NCBI GenBank assembly: GCA_041242255.1
Contig: JBESAV010000001.1
Span: 192,001 to 256,000 of the forward strand
DNA from: Candidatus Altimarinota bacterium
GTDB lineage: Bacteria; Patescibacteriota; Gracilibacteria; UBA1369; GCA-2718715
Length of the DNA: 64,000 nt
Direction: 5' to 3'
Both the position numbers and the translations under genes were made by a program. Under the pieces are notes generated by a model, which searched no databases, was not told the origin of the DNA, and saw only the letters and a program-made list of their open reading frames with translations. Positions 21,521 to 30,359 of the stretch are shown piece by piece. Every line of letters begins with the position of its first letter. Within the stretch, counting starts at the first letter, position 1.

Positions 21521-22408
21521 ATGAGATTAGCAATCATAATACCTACAATCGGTCGCCCTATCTTACATGATGTTTTAAATTCCCTACTCCCCCAGGTTCA
21601 AAAACACCCATCATCTAAGATTTACATCAGCTATGATGGTAAAAAATCTTCCAAAAAATTCAAATCACTAAAACAAAAAATACCCAAGTCTAGTCAGATC
21701 AGGCTTCTTTCAACCGGAAAAAACAGGTCAGGAGCCTCAAACGCAAGAAACGTAGCCTTAAAAAAAGCAATTCCAAGCTCTGACCTTATAGCCTTCTTAG
21801 GTGACGATACAATCTCTCAAAAGGATTGGCTCTCTAAAACTCTAGACTGGCATACTAAGAATCCGGCTGAAAACAAAGCTATACTGGGTAGAGTTCACTG
21901 GGTAGAGTCTCTTCAAAAAGATCGATTACATAAGTGGCTCGACAGTCATATTCAGTTTGATTTCCATAGATTAGATCAAGGTTACAAACCGGATTGGAGG
22001 CATTTTACAACTTCTAACTTATCCCTCAAAACGCGCATGTTAAGACGCAACATCTTCAACAAATGCTTTAAAGGCTGGGGCTTTGAAGATGGTGAATTAG
22101 GTTACAGGCTTTATAAGTATCATAACCTAGATATATCATACGTACCCTCTATAAAAGTCTTCCATGATCACCCTCAAGAATTTCAGAAAGTACTCAAAAA
22201 CCTTAAAAATGCTAGGAAAAATGCCAAAATTTTTGAAAACATACACCCTGAAAAAAAATTACTACCTCATGGGGTGAAGAAACTTCTTTTAACCATCCTT
22301 GCTTTTGGGTTATTCATTGTCCCAAAAACCTTATCTAGTAAGGCATACTGGTGGTCTAGGACTAAGTTGGTTTGGTTAGGTTACACTTTTCCTATCCAAG
22401 TTGACTAA
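21521..22408 (+). CDS. GT2-family glycosyltransferase
   Basis: 'IIIPT', 'GASNARN', 'FLGDD', 'GWGFEDGELGYRL'. Confidence 0.9.
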   Translation: MRLAIIIPTIGRPILHDVLNSLLPQVQKHPSSKIYISYDGKKSSKKFKSLKQKIPKSSQIRLLSTGKNRSGASNARNVALKKAIPSSDLIAFLGDDTISQKDWLSKTLDWHTKNPAENKAILGRVHWVESLQKDRLHKWLDSHIQFDFHRLDQGYKPDWRHFTTSNLSLKTRMLRRNIFNKCFKGWGFEDGELGYRLYKYHNLDISYVPSIKVFHDHPQEFQKVLKNLKNARKNAKIFENIHPEKKLLPHGVKKLLLTILAFGLFIVPKTLSSKAYWWSRTKLVWLGYTFPIQVD

Positions 22409-22483
22409 ATAATTATCACAAAGCATATTGAACAATCCACAAAAGCACTTTTGCATGGGTTTTGCACATTTTTTGTGTAAAAT

Positions 22484-22684
22484 ATGTTTAAAAGTATCTT
22501 GAAGATCACAAAATTTATCCACCAATCCTCTATGCGTACTTTGGAACTAGTTATACTGCTTCTGCTTATTCTAACGATAATAGCCATTATTGCCTTATCT
22601 CTTTACCTGTACGAAATAAACAAAGTTAAAAAACTAGTTTCTAAACAATTAGTAGCCTCCAACACAATTAAAGAAATCATATAG
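22484..22684 (+). CDS. Small single-TM hypothetical protein
   Basis: Strong hydrophobic segment; ATG at 22532 is an alternative start. Confidence 0.45.
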   Translation: MFKSILKITKFIHQSSMRTLELVILLLLILTIIAIIALSLYLYEINKVKKLVSKQLVASNTIKEII

Positions 22685-22771
22685 CTAAATCAAACTTTTG
22701 ATTTATTCCTATGTATGAAACCTTTAATAAATAAGCAAAACCTGTAAAATATCATCAAATAATTCATATAT

Positions 22772-25303
22772 ATGAAAAAAGTTAGTTTATTTGTTTTAGT
22801 GTCGCTTTTAACAACTCTATTCCCTACTTCGCTTTTGGCTCAGTCAGCTTCATTTGAAGATGTATTTCAAGAGTCTCTAGATTATGATGCAATTCAATAT
22901 CTACAGTCTGAACAAATTGTAGAAGGTTATGCTGATGGTACATTTAAACCAGATAATCGTATCAATCGTGCTGAGTTCACCAAGATCATTATCGGAAGCC
23001 TATACGAAGAATCAGAAATAAATTCATGTTTATCAAGTTTCAGTTTGGAATTCCCAGATGTAGATATCGAAAGTTGGTACGCACCATACGTATGCCAAGC
23101 AACTAAAGAAGAAATAGTTTCAGGTTATCCAGATGGAACCTTTGGACCAGATAAGAAAATCAACTTCGCTGAATCTAGCAAAATTCTAGCAAACTCATTC
23201 CAGGTAGAAGATCCAGAGTTATCATTGCTACCAGATAATCTGTGGTATGCCGAGTTTGTTGATAAGCTATCTGCAAGTTCAGTTATACCTTCTACAGTCG
23301 ATTCCGCAGACGTAGACCTAACAAGAGGTCAAATGTCTGAGATGGTATATCGGCTTAAAGAAGATATAACTACTAAACCAACCCAGACATTATCAAATCT
23401 GACTAATCAAGTTGGTTCAATCACCTCATGTGATGCTTTGCTTGAAAGATTCCAAGACCGCAATTACTACCCTTATATGCCTGTAGAACCTTTCCCTATG
23501 ATGGAGTTCGAAATGGAAGAGTCCATGTCCGATGATTCTGCAACAGCTAGTATGGATCTAGGAGGTGGAGGAGGAGAGCTTGAATTCTCAAATACAAATA
23601 TTCAAGAGGAAGGTGTAGATGAACCAGATGTTGTAAAAACAAATGGAACTCATATTTATACAATCAATTCCAACTACGAACTACCTTCAGTACAAATCAC
23701 CCAAGCATCAGGACCAGAGTTAGACCTACAGTCTTCAATCTTATTTAATGAAACTAGACCAACAGGTCTGTTCCTAAAAGACGAAAAGCTAGTTGTTCTT
23801 ACTAGCTCAGACTATTGGGGATATTATCCACTTGCAGCCGAATCTGACGAATCAGTAACAGTGCTAGACTCGGAAGCTTCATTGCCTGTAACTCAACCAG
23901 AGGATCAAGCAGACACTGTAGACTTTGATATTATCGATGGTGCTCCTACTTTACTACCTTACAGAGCTAGCTCTCAGACAGGAGTATATATTTTTGATAT
24001 TTCTAATCCACAATCTCCAGATCTAATAAGAGAATTATCAGTAGATGGTAATTATCAAAACGCTCGTATGCTTGAAGATAGGCTAGTCCTCATTTCAAGC
24101 TACACTCCTTACGCATTTCAATTTGATGACATAACTGGTGAAGACCTACTACCTCAAATTTCTTACGATGATCAAGCCTCAGAAGCTATTGCAGAATGTA
24201 CAGATATTAGATATCTATCAAATCATTCTGATATGACTTTCATGATAGTTTCATCTTTAGATACTTCGTCAGATCAAAGCGAAGCAAACTCAGAAGTTCT
24301 GATAGCTTCAAGCAGTGACCTATACGCTTCAAAAAATAATTTGTACCTTACTCAACCAAAGTATAATTACTCTAGATTTACAGATCTATCTGACTCTGAA
24401 AGAGTAACTACAAACATTTTTAAGTTTGGACTCGACTCCCCTTCTCTTTCATTGAAGGGAGTAATGGCAGTTCCAGGTACGCCATTAAATCAATTCTCAA
24501 TGAGCGAGTATCAAGATAACTTTAGAATTGCTACAACAATTAACTCATGGGATGGAAGAAATAGTACTTCTACCAACAACCTTTACGTCTTTGATGAAAG
24601 CCTAAACAGAGTAGGTGTTCTAGAAGGATTAGCGGAAGGAGAAAGAGTTTACTCTACTAGGTTCATTGGTAACCGAGCCTACATGGTTACTTTCAGACAA
24701 GTTGACCCCCTATTCGTAATAGACATTTCTAACCCAAACAATCCTACAGTTTTAGGTGAGTTAAAAATTCCAGGATTCTCAGACTACCTACATCCGTACG
24801 ATCAAGATCATATTCTAGGTTTTGGAAAAGAAGCCACTCTAGATGGGCAAGCTCAAGGACTAAAAGTATCTCTATTCAACGTTAAAGACCCAACTAACCC
24901 AGAAGAGCTACATACTTTCAAGATAGGAGACAGAGGGACTTATTCAGAGTTATTATACAATCACAAAGCCCTACTATTCTCAAAAGAGAAAAACACTATG
25001 GCTTTCCCAATAACTATCTACAAAAACAACACACCAAGTCTTGATTCATGGGGTGATCTAAGTTTCGTTGGTGCCGTAAATTTAGGCCTCAATTTAGAAG
25101 ACGGATTCTCATTAAAAGGGCAGTTCACACATCTAGATGAAGAAATCAATCCAGAGTCGCCATGGAACTACGATTCAAATCAGACAATTCAAAGATTGAT
25201 CTACATTGGTGACAATCTTTACACTATTTCAAACGACAAGATCCAATCTCATCCATTAGACTCAGATGAAACTTTAAATAGCATTCAACTCATAAATCAA
25301 TAA
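22772..25303 (+). CDS. Secreted protein with SLH domains and C-terminal beta-propeller domain
   Basis: 'GYADGTFKPDNRINRAEF' SLH repeats; 'SNTNIQEEGVDEPDVVK', 'YMVTFRQVDPLFVID', 'GELKIPGFSDYLHP'. Confidence 0.9.
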   Translation: MKKVSLFVLVSLLTTLFPTSLLAQSASFEDVFQESLDYDAIQYLQSEQIVEGYADGTFKPDNRINRAEFTKIIIGSLYEESEINSCLSSFSLEFPDVDIESWYAPYVCQATKEEIVSGYPDGTFGPDKKINFAESSKILANSFQVEDPELSLLPDNLWYAEFVDKLSASSVIPSTVDSADVDLTRGQMSEMVYRLKEDITTKPTQTLSNLTNQVGSITSCDALLERFQDRNYYPYMPVEPFPMMEFEMEESMSDDSATASMDLGGGGGELEFSNTNIQEEGVDEPDVVKTNGTHIYTINSNYELPSVQITQASGPELDLQSSILFNETRPTGLFLKDEKLVVLTSSDYWGYYPLAAESDESVTVLDSEASLPVTQPEDQADTVDFDIIDGAPTLLPYRASSQTGVYIFDISNPQSPDLIRELSVDGNYQNARMLEDRLVLISSYTPYAFQFDDITGEDLLPQISYDDQASEAIAECTDIRYLSNHSDMTFMIVSSLDTSSDQSEANSEVLIASSSDLYASKNNLYLTQPKYNYSRFTDLSDSERVTTNIFKFGLDSPSLSLKGVMAVPGTPLNQFSMSEYQDNFRIATTINSWDGRNSTSTNNLYVFDESLNRVGVLEGLAEGERVYSTRFIGNRAYMVTFRQVDPLFVIDISNPNNPTVLGELKIPGFSDYLHPYDQDHILGFGKEATLDGQAQGLKVSLFNVKDPTNPEELHTFKIGDRGTYSELLYNHKALLFSKEKNTMAFPITIYKNNTPSLDSWGDLSFVGAVNLGLNLEDGFSLKGQFTHLDEEINPESPWNYDSNQTIQRLIYIGDNLYTISNDKIQSHPLDSDETLNSIQLINQ

Positions 25304-26073
25304 TGAAATTAATTCTCTCCCCTTCCAAGACTCAAGACTTTGAATCTTTCCTGCTCCCAGATGGTCTTGAGCCTACACAACCAAATTTCAAAAAAGAGAT
25401 CAAAACATTAGTAAGCAAACTCAAACAACTCACTCCTGGTCAACTCTCCAAACTAATGTCCCTCAGTGATAATCTAACAGAATTAAACTTCTCAAGGTTC
25501 CAAGAATTCCAACCAACTAAGTTTAATCAATCCAATGCAAAACCAGCTTTATTAGCATTTCAGGGGGACGTATATAGAGACATTGATTCAGAAAATTATA
25601 CAAAGTCAGACTGGGAATTTGCTGAGCAAACCGTAAGAATTCTATCAGGTCTTTATGGCTTACTACATCCTCTAGACCTCATTCAGCCATACAGATTGGA
25701 GATGAAGACCAAGCTAAAGACTGATCAAGCCAAAGATCTATATGATTTCTGGCAAGACACATTAGCAAATGATCTACTATCTGATATGGATAAAGATGAG
25801 TTCTTGATTAACTTAGCCTCCAACGAATATTCTAAGGCTCTTCTCCCCTTCTTAGACAAAGACAAAGTCATTAATATTGTTTTCAAAGACAAAAAAAATG
25901 ATCAATATAAAGTCATTGCCATTTATGCAAAGCTAGCTAGAGGAACTATGACCAATCTAATTGTAAAAAACAAAATAAAAGACCCAGAAAAGATCAAAGA
26001 CCTCAATGTAGATGGTTACAAGTTCAGCTCTGAAGATTCAACTCAAAACGAGTATGTCTTCCTAAGAGGATAG
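25303..26073 (+). CDS. yaaA: Peroxide-stress DNA-binding protein YaaA
   Basis: 'LSPSK', 'AFQGDVY', 'LSGLYGLLHP...PYRLEM', 'NLASNEY', 'AKLARG'. Confidence 0.9.
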   Translation: MKLILSPSKTQDFESFLLPDGLEPTQPNFKKEIKTLVSKLKQLTPGQLSKLMSLSDNLTELNFSRFQEFQPTKFNQSNAKPALLAFQGDVYRDIDSENYTKSDWEFAEQTVRILSGLYGLLHPLDLIQPYRLEMKTKLKTDQAKDLYDFWQDTLANDLLSDMDKDEFLINLASNEYSKALLPFLDKDKVINIVFKDKKNDQYKVIAIYAKLARGTMTNLIVKNKIKDPEKIKDLNVDGYKFSSEDSTQNEYVFLRG

Positions 26074-26865
26074 TATTTCTTTTAATTCATCTATCCTCTC
26101 TTCCATCATCTGATACCCTAATTTTATTAGGTTATTCTTTTTGTCTTCCTTAAAGATAAAGTCCAAACTAATCATTCCATCATCATCTATTTCTGGATTT
26201 AGAACTATATCTGATTCATTCAGCGAATAGTCAGCTAGATAGTGTCTCATAATATTTAGCATTCTGTATACAACCTTATCTATCCTTTTAAGGTCATTTT
26301 CGGCAAGGATATTATTTACTCTATAGTCCAAGTTTACAGCCAATACAACTTCAGCACCCATTTCCCTAGCAACCTCATCAGGTACAGGATTACATATACC
26401 ACCATCAGATAAAATCATCCCTTTCATCTTAACTGGAGTAAACGTTCCAGGAATAGACATACTTGCTCTTACACAATCAGACACATCCCCTTCTTTTAGT
26501 GTAACGCTATCACCAGTCCTTAAGTCACAAGCTACAGCTGCAAACTTAGTTTTCATATCTTCAAATTTTTCTACACCAATTACCTCATCAAGCACTTTCT
26601 TCATTGATTCACCTTTTATAAGTCCTCCAAGCAAAAAAGCCGGATCCAAAAGAGCCTTAGCTGCCAAAATCTTATCATTTTCAAGTCTCTTTAAGATTTC
26701 ATTTATATCTTCTGTTGCAGCCCACAGAGCTCCCACAAAAGAACCAATACTAGCCCCAACTACTATATCTGGCTTTATGCCATGATCGTTTAGGCATTGT
26801 AGTACCCCAATATGATACATTCCCCTACCTCCTCCACTTCCTAGAGCTATGCCAAATTTCTTCAT
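26062..26865 (-). CDS. Patatin-like phospholipase
   Basis: 'LGSGGGRG', GASIG nucleophile, 'ASMSIPG', 'DGG'. Confidence 0.92.
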   Translation of the reverse strand: MKKFGIALGSGGGRGMYHIGVLQCLNDHGIKPDIVVGASIGSFVGALWAATEDINEILKRLENDKILAAKALLDPAFLLGGLIKGESMKKVLDEVIGVEKFEDMKTKFAAVACDLRTGDSVTLKEGDVSDCVRASMSIPGTFTPVKMKGMILSDGGICNPVPDEVAREMGAEVVLAVNLDYRVNNILAENDLKRIDKVVYRMLNIMRHYLADYSLNESDIVLNPEIDDDGMISLDFIFKEDKKNNLIKLGYQMMEERIDELKEILSS

Positions 26866-26919
26866 TTATCAGCCTATTATTAATGTTATAATTTTAACAC
26901 AAATTGTTAATTTCATCTA

Positions 26920-28407
26920 TTGCCTACTTTAATTCTCTTTCCTCATCAACTCTTTCAGTTAACAACAATCGGATATTCACACGACTATACAGATATAGTT
27001 TTGGTTGAACATCCTTTATTCTTTAAGGATGAAAAGTATCCTCTTAATTTTCACAAGAAAAAACTACTCCTACACAGAGCTTCTATGCAAGCTTACCAAG
27101 ATTACTTAAAAACCTACGACAAAAAAGTAACCTACCTTCCCTATTCCAAAGTTAAATCAATCGGAAGCACTTTCCAAGAACTCTCAAAAATATCCAAAGA
27201 ATTTATTTATTTTGATCCAGTAGATTTCATATTATCCAAAAGAATCAAAAAATATTCCCAAAAGTACGATCTAAATTTAAAGCAACTCGACACCCCATAC
27301 TTCCTAAATACCTCTAAAGAGAATCAAGATTACTTCGCCAAAAATAAGTTTTATCAGCACAAGTTTTATATTCATCAAAGGAAGAAGTTTGAAATCCTCC
27401 TCGAGCCAGATGGGTCGCCTACAGGCGGAAAATGGTCTTTTGATGCAGATAACAGAAAAAAACTTCCTAAAAAAATAGACCTCCCACCAATTCCTAATTT
27501 TTCCAAAGACAATAAAGAGTATATTCAAGAAGCAAAAGACTATATTCAGGAAAATTTCCCAGATAATCCTGGATCAGTAGACAATTTCTTCTATCCAATT
27601 ACACATACTCAAGCCAAAAAGTCTTTATCCGATTTCTTAGAGAATCGTATTGAAAAATTCGGAGATTACGAAGATGCCATCAGCCCAGACCAAAATTTTA
27701 TATTTCATTCAATTCTAAGTGCCCCTATCAACATCGGGCTGCTAACTCCTCAAGAGGTTTTAGATGAAACACTCGAGTTCCACTCAAAGCACAAAATCCC
27801 TCTCAACTGTCTAGAGGGATTCGTTAGGCAAATCGTAAGCTGGCGCGAATTTATGAGAGCTACTTACGAACTTAAAGGAGTTGAGATTCGTAATTCTAAC
27901 TTCTGGAAACATAAAAGAAAAATACCTAAATCATTCTATTCAGCCTCCACTGGCATAGAACCAATAGACAATACTATTCAAAAAGTTCTCCAAAACGCCT
28001 ACTCCCATCACATCGAAAGGTTGATGGTTCTAGGAAACTTCATGTGTCTCTGTGAATTTGATCCAGAAGAAGTTTATAAATGGTTCATGGAGTTATTCAT
28101 TGATGCTTATGATTGGGTGATGGTTACCAACGTATACTCTATGAGTCAGTTCGCTGATGGCGGCCTTATAACGACTAAACCTTATATCAGTTCTTCCAAC
28201 TACATCAAAAAAATGAGTAGCTACAAAAAGGGTGAGTGGGAAGAAACATGGACCGGTCTATATTGGCATTTTATAAATAAACATAAAAAGTTTTTCCAAA
28301 ATAATTATCGTCTCAAGATGATGGCTTCCTTACTGGATCGAATGGATAAAGATAAACTAGAAAAACATCTCAAAACAGCAAAGTCATTCCTAAAAAATAT
28401 TGACTAG
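26920..28407 (+). CDS. Prokaryotic (6-4) photolyase / cryptochrome-like protein (DPRP / FeS-BCP clade)
   Basis: 'FPHQLF', 'HKKKLLLHRASM', 'GGKWSFDADNR', 'EGFVRQIVSWREF', 'HHIERLM', 'TKPYISSSNYI'. Confidence 0.9.
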   Translation: MPTLILFPHQLFQLTTIGYSHDYTDIVLVEHPLFFKDEKYPLNFHKKKLLLHRASMQAYQDYLKTYDKKVTYLPYSKVKSIGSTFQELSKISKEFIYFDPVDFILSKRIKKYSQKYDLNLKQLDTPYFLNTSKENQDYFAKNKFYQHKFYIHQRKKFEILLEPDGSPTGGKWSFDADNRKKLPKKIDLPPIPNFSKDNKEYIQEAKDYIQENFPDNPGSVDNFFYPITHTQAKKSLSDFLENRIEKFGDYEDAISPDQNFIFHSILSAPINIGLLTPQEVLDETLEFHSKHKIPLNCLEGFVRQIVSWREFMRATYELKGVEIRNSNFWKHKRKIPKSFYSASTGIEPIDNTIQKVLQNAYSHHIERLMVLGNFMCLCEFDPEEVYKWFMELFIDAYDWVMVTNVYSMSQFADGGLITTKPYISSSNYIKKMSSYKKGEWEETWTGLYWHFINKHKKFFQNNYRLKMMASLLDRMDKDKLEKHLKTAKSFLKNID

Positions 28408-28444
28408 ATCTCTCAACTAAACTATGGTGAGTATACACTCACTA
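28400..28444 (+). promoter_or_regulatory. Sigma70-type promoter with overlapping palindromic operator upstream of umuDC
   Basis: TTGACT (28400)-17 bp-TATGGT (28423); GTGAGT-atac-ACTCAC at 28427-28442. Confidence 0.6.
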
Positions 28445-28456
28445 ACAACCAACAAC

Positions 28457-28918
28457 ATGTATAACACGCAAACAATAACTCTAAACCCTTTCCAGTTAAA
28501 GGAAAAAGAGTCCAAATACAAAATCCCTTTATATTCTGACTCAGTTAAAGCTGGCTTCCCATCCCCTGCTGAAGATACAGTCTCTCAACGTCTTGATATA
28601 AATGACTTATTGATCCAAAACCCAAACTCAACTTTTTTCTTAAAGGTGGCCGGAGACTCCATGCAAAATGCAGGTATATTTGAAGGTAATATCTTAGTCG
28701 TAGATAAGTCTGTAACCCCATCCTCAGGAGATATAGTTATTGCTTCTGTAAACGGTGATTTCACTGTTAAAAGACTACTTGTAAACAGACAGGGTGGATT
28801 AAATGCACCAAGGTATTACTTAATTCCAGAAAATAAGAAGTACAAACCAATTCCAATCACAAGATACACTGATTTTGAAGTTTGGGGTGTTGTAAAAGCC
28901 AACATCAGTCAACTCTAA
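28457..28918 (+). CDS. umuD: DNA polymerase V autoproteolytic subunit (S24)
   Basis: 'VKAGFPSPA' cleavage site, 'GDSM', 'FTVKRL', 'VWGVV'; no N-terminal HTH; start refined to ATG 28457. Confidence 0.9.
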   Translation: MYNTQTITLNPFQLKEKESKYKIPLYSDSVKAGFPSPAEDTVSQRLDINDLLIQNPNSTFFLKVAGDSMQNAGIFEGNILVVDKSVTPSSGDIVIASVNGDFTVKRLLVNRQGGLNAPRYYLIPENKKYKPIPITRYTDFEVWGVVKANISQL

Positions 28919-30216
28919 TGATTATAAAGCCATTCACGGAAGTATTAGCTTTAGTGGATTGTAATAACTTTTTCGTTTCTTGCGAACGAATCTTCCGACC
29001 AGACCTTAAGCAAAAGCCAGTCGCAGTCCTATCCAACAATGATGGCTGCTTCATAGCTCGCTCTCAAGAGGTAAAAGATTTGGGTATACCCATGGGTGCT
29101 CCCTACTTCAAATACAAAGATATAGTAGAGAAAAACAACGTAACTTTCTTTTCAGCCAATTTCTCCTTATATGGAGAAATATCCCGACGCATCATGTCTT
29201 CTCTACACTCATACTCTCCTTCGGTAGAAGTGTATTCAATTGATGAGGCTTTTCTTGATCTATCTTTTGTTCCAAAAGAGGATTTAGATATTTATTCCAA
29301 AGAAATAACAGAATCCATTTATCAGTCTATCGGGGTTCCTATTTCAATAGGAGTAGCACCGACAAAGACATTAGCTAAGCTTATGTCAGAGCAGGCAAAA
29401 AAGTTAAAGACTCCATGTAAGTCCTATTACTCTTATTCTGAAGAGGAACTAAATAATATTTTCTCAAAAACTCCAGTCCAAGAAGTTTGGGGAGTTGGTG
29501 GTAAAAAGTCATCTAAATTAAAAGAATATAATATTTACACAGTCCAAGACTTGCTAGAGGCAAACCAGCATTTCATCCGTAAGAAATTTACAGTTGTAAC
29601 CGAGAGAACCTATTTAGAATTAAAAGGTGTTTCCTGTATGCAAGTAGATGATGTAATTACCAAAAAAAAGAACATACTTAGCTCAAGGTCGTTTGGACAA
29701 CCTGTTACAAGCCTCCAAGCACTTCAAGAATCAGTTTCAAGTTATATAGAAACCGCAGCAAGAAAGTTAAGGGATCAAAATCAAAAAGCCAGTTATCTAT
29801 CTGTATTCTTAAAGACAAGCAAGTTCCAGCCTCACAAACCAGATCTAGCCTATAGAAGCTTCTCTAAGGGTGCTATGCTCCCCTATCCAACAAGCAGTAC
29901 AAGCACATTAGTTCACCATTCAAAATCTCTTTTAAGATCCATTTACCAATCAGATATAAGGTATAAAAAAAGCGGGGTTTTCCTTAGCCAGCTTCAAGAG
30001 AACCTAGCTACTCAAACAAGTTTCATTTACAATACCGATAGAGAGGAAAATTCTGATAAGTTATTCAAAAAAATTGATCAAATCAATAAACAGTATGGTA
30101 AAAATACTATTCAGCTCGCTTCCTCTGGCTTAAAATCAAGTAGTTGGAAAATGCGCCGCAATAAGGTATCACCAGACTACTTATCTGATTGGAAACAAAT
30201 CCCAAAAGTAAAATGA
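28918..30216 (+). CDS. umuC: DNA polymerase V catalytic subunit (Y-family)
   Basis: 'LVDCNNFFVSCE', 'VLSNNDGC', 'YSIDEAF', 'SRSFG', 'WKMRR..SP.Y'; TAATG coupling to umuD. Confidence 0.93.
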   Translation: MIIKPFTEVLALVDCNNFFVSCERIFRPDLKQKPVAVLSNNDGCFIARSQEVKDLGIPMGAPYFKYKDIVEKNNVTFFSANFSLYGEISRRIMSSLHSYSPSVEVYSIDEAFLDLSFVPKEDLDIYSKEITESIYQSIGVPISIGVAPTKTLAKLMSEQAKKLKTPCKSYYSYSEEELNNIFSKTPVQEVWGVGGKKSSKLKEYNIYTVQDLLEANQHFIRKKFTVVTERTYLELKGVSCMQVDDVITKKKNILSSRSFGQPVTSLQALQESVSSYIETAARKLRDQNQKASYLSVFLKTSKFQPHKPDLAYRSFSKGAMLPYPTSSTSTLVHHSKSLLRSIYQSDIRYKKSGVFLSQLQENLATQTSFIYNTDREENSDKLFKKIDQINKQYGKNTIQLASSGLKSSSWKMRRNKVSPDYLSDWKQIPKVK

Positions 30217-30359
30217 CCGAAACTAAAATCTGCCCAGTCTGTAACCGCCCCTTCTCAAACAGAAAAAAATGGCGCCAAAGAAACCAGTTTGACCAGGTTA
30301 AATATTGCTCAAAAAGATGTAGAAATAAATCAAAACATGAAAAAGGAACGAATTCGTAA
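30213..30359 (+). CDS. DUF2256-type small Cys-rich protein (48 aa, absent from ORF track)
   Basis: MTETKICPVCNRPFSNRKKWRQRNQFDQVKYCSKRCRNKSKHEKGTNS*; ATGA overlap with umuC stop. Confidence 0.85.
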   Translation: MTETKICPVCNRPFSNRKKWRQRNQFDQVKYCSKRCRNKSKHEKGTNS

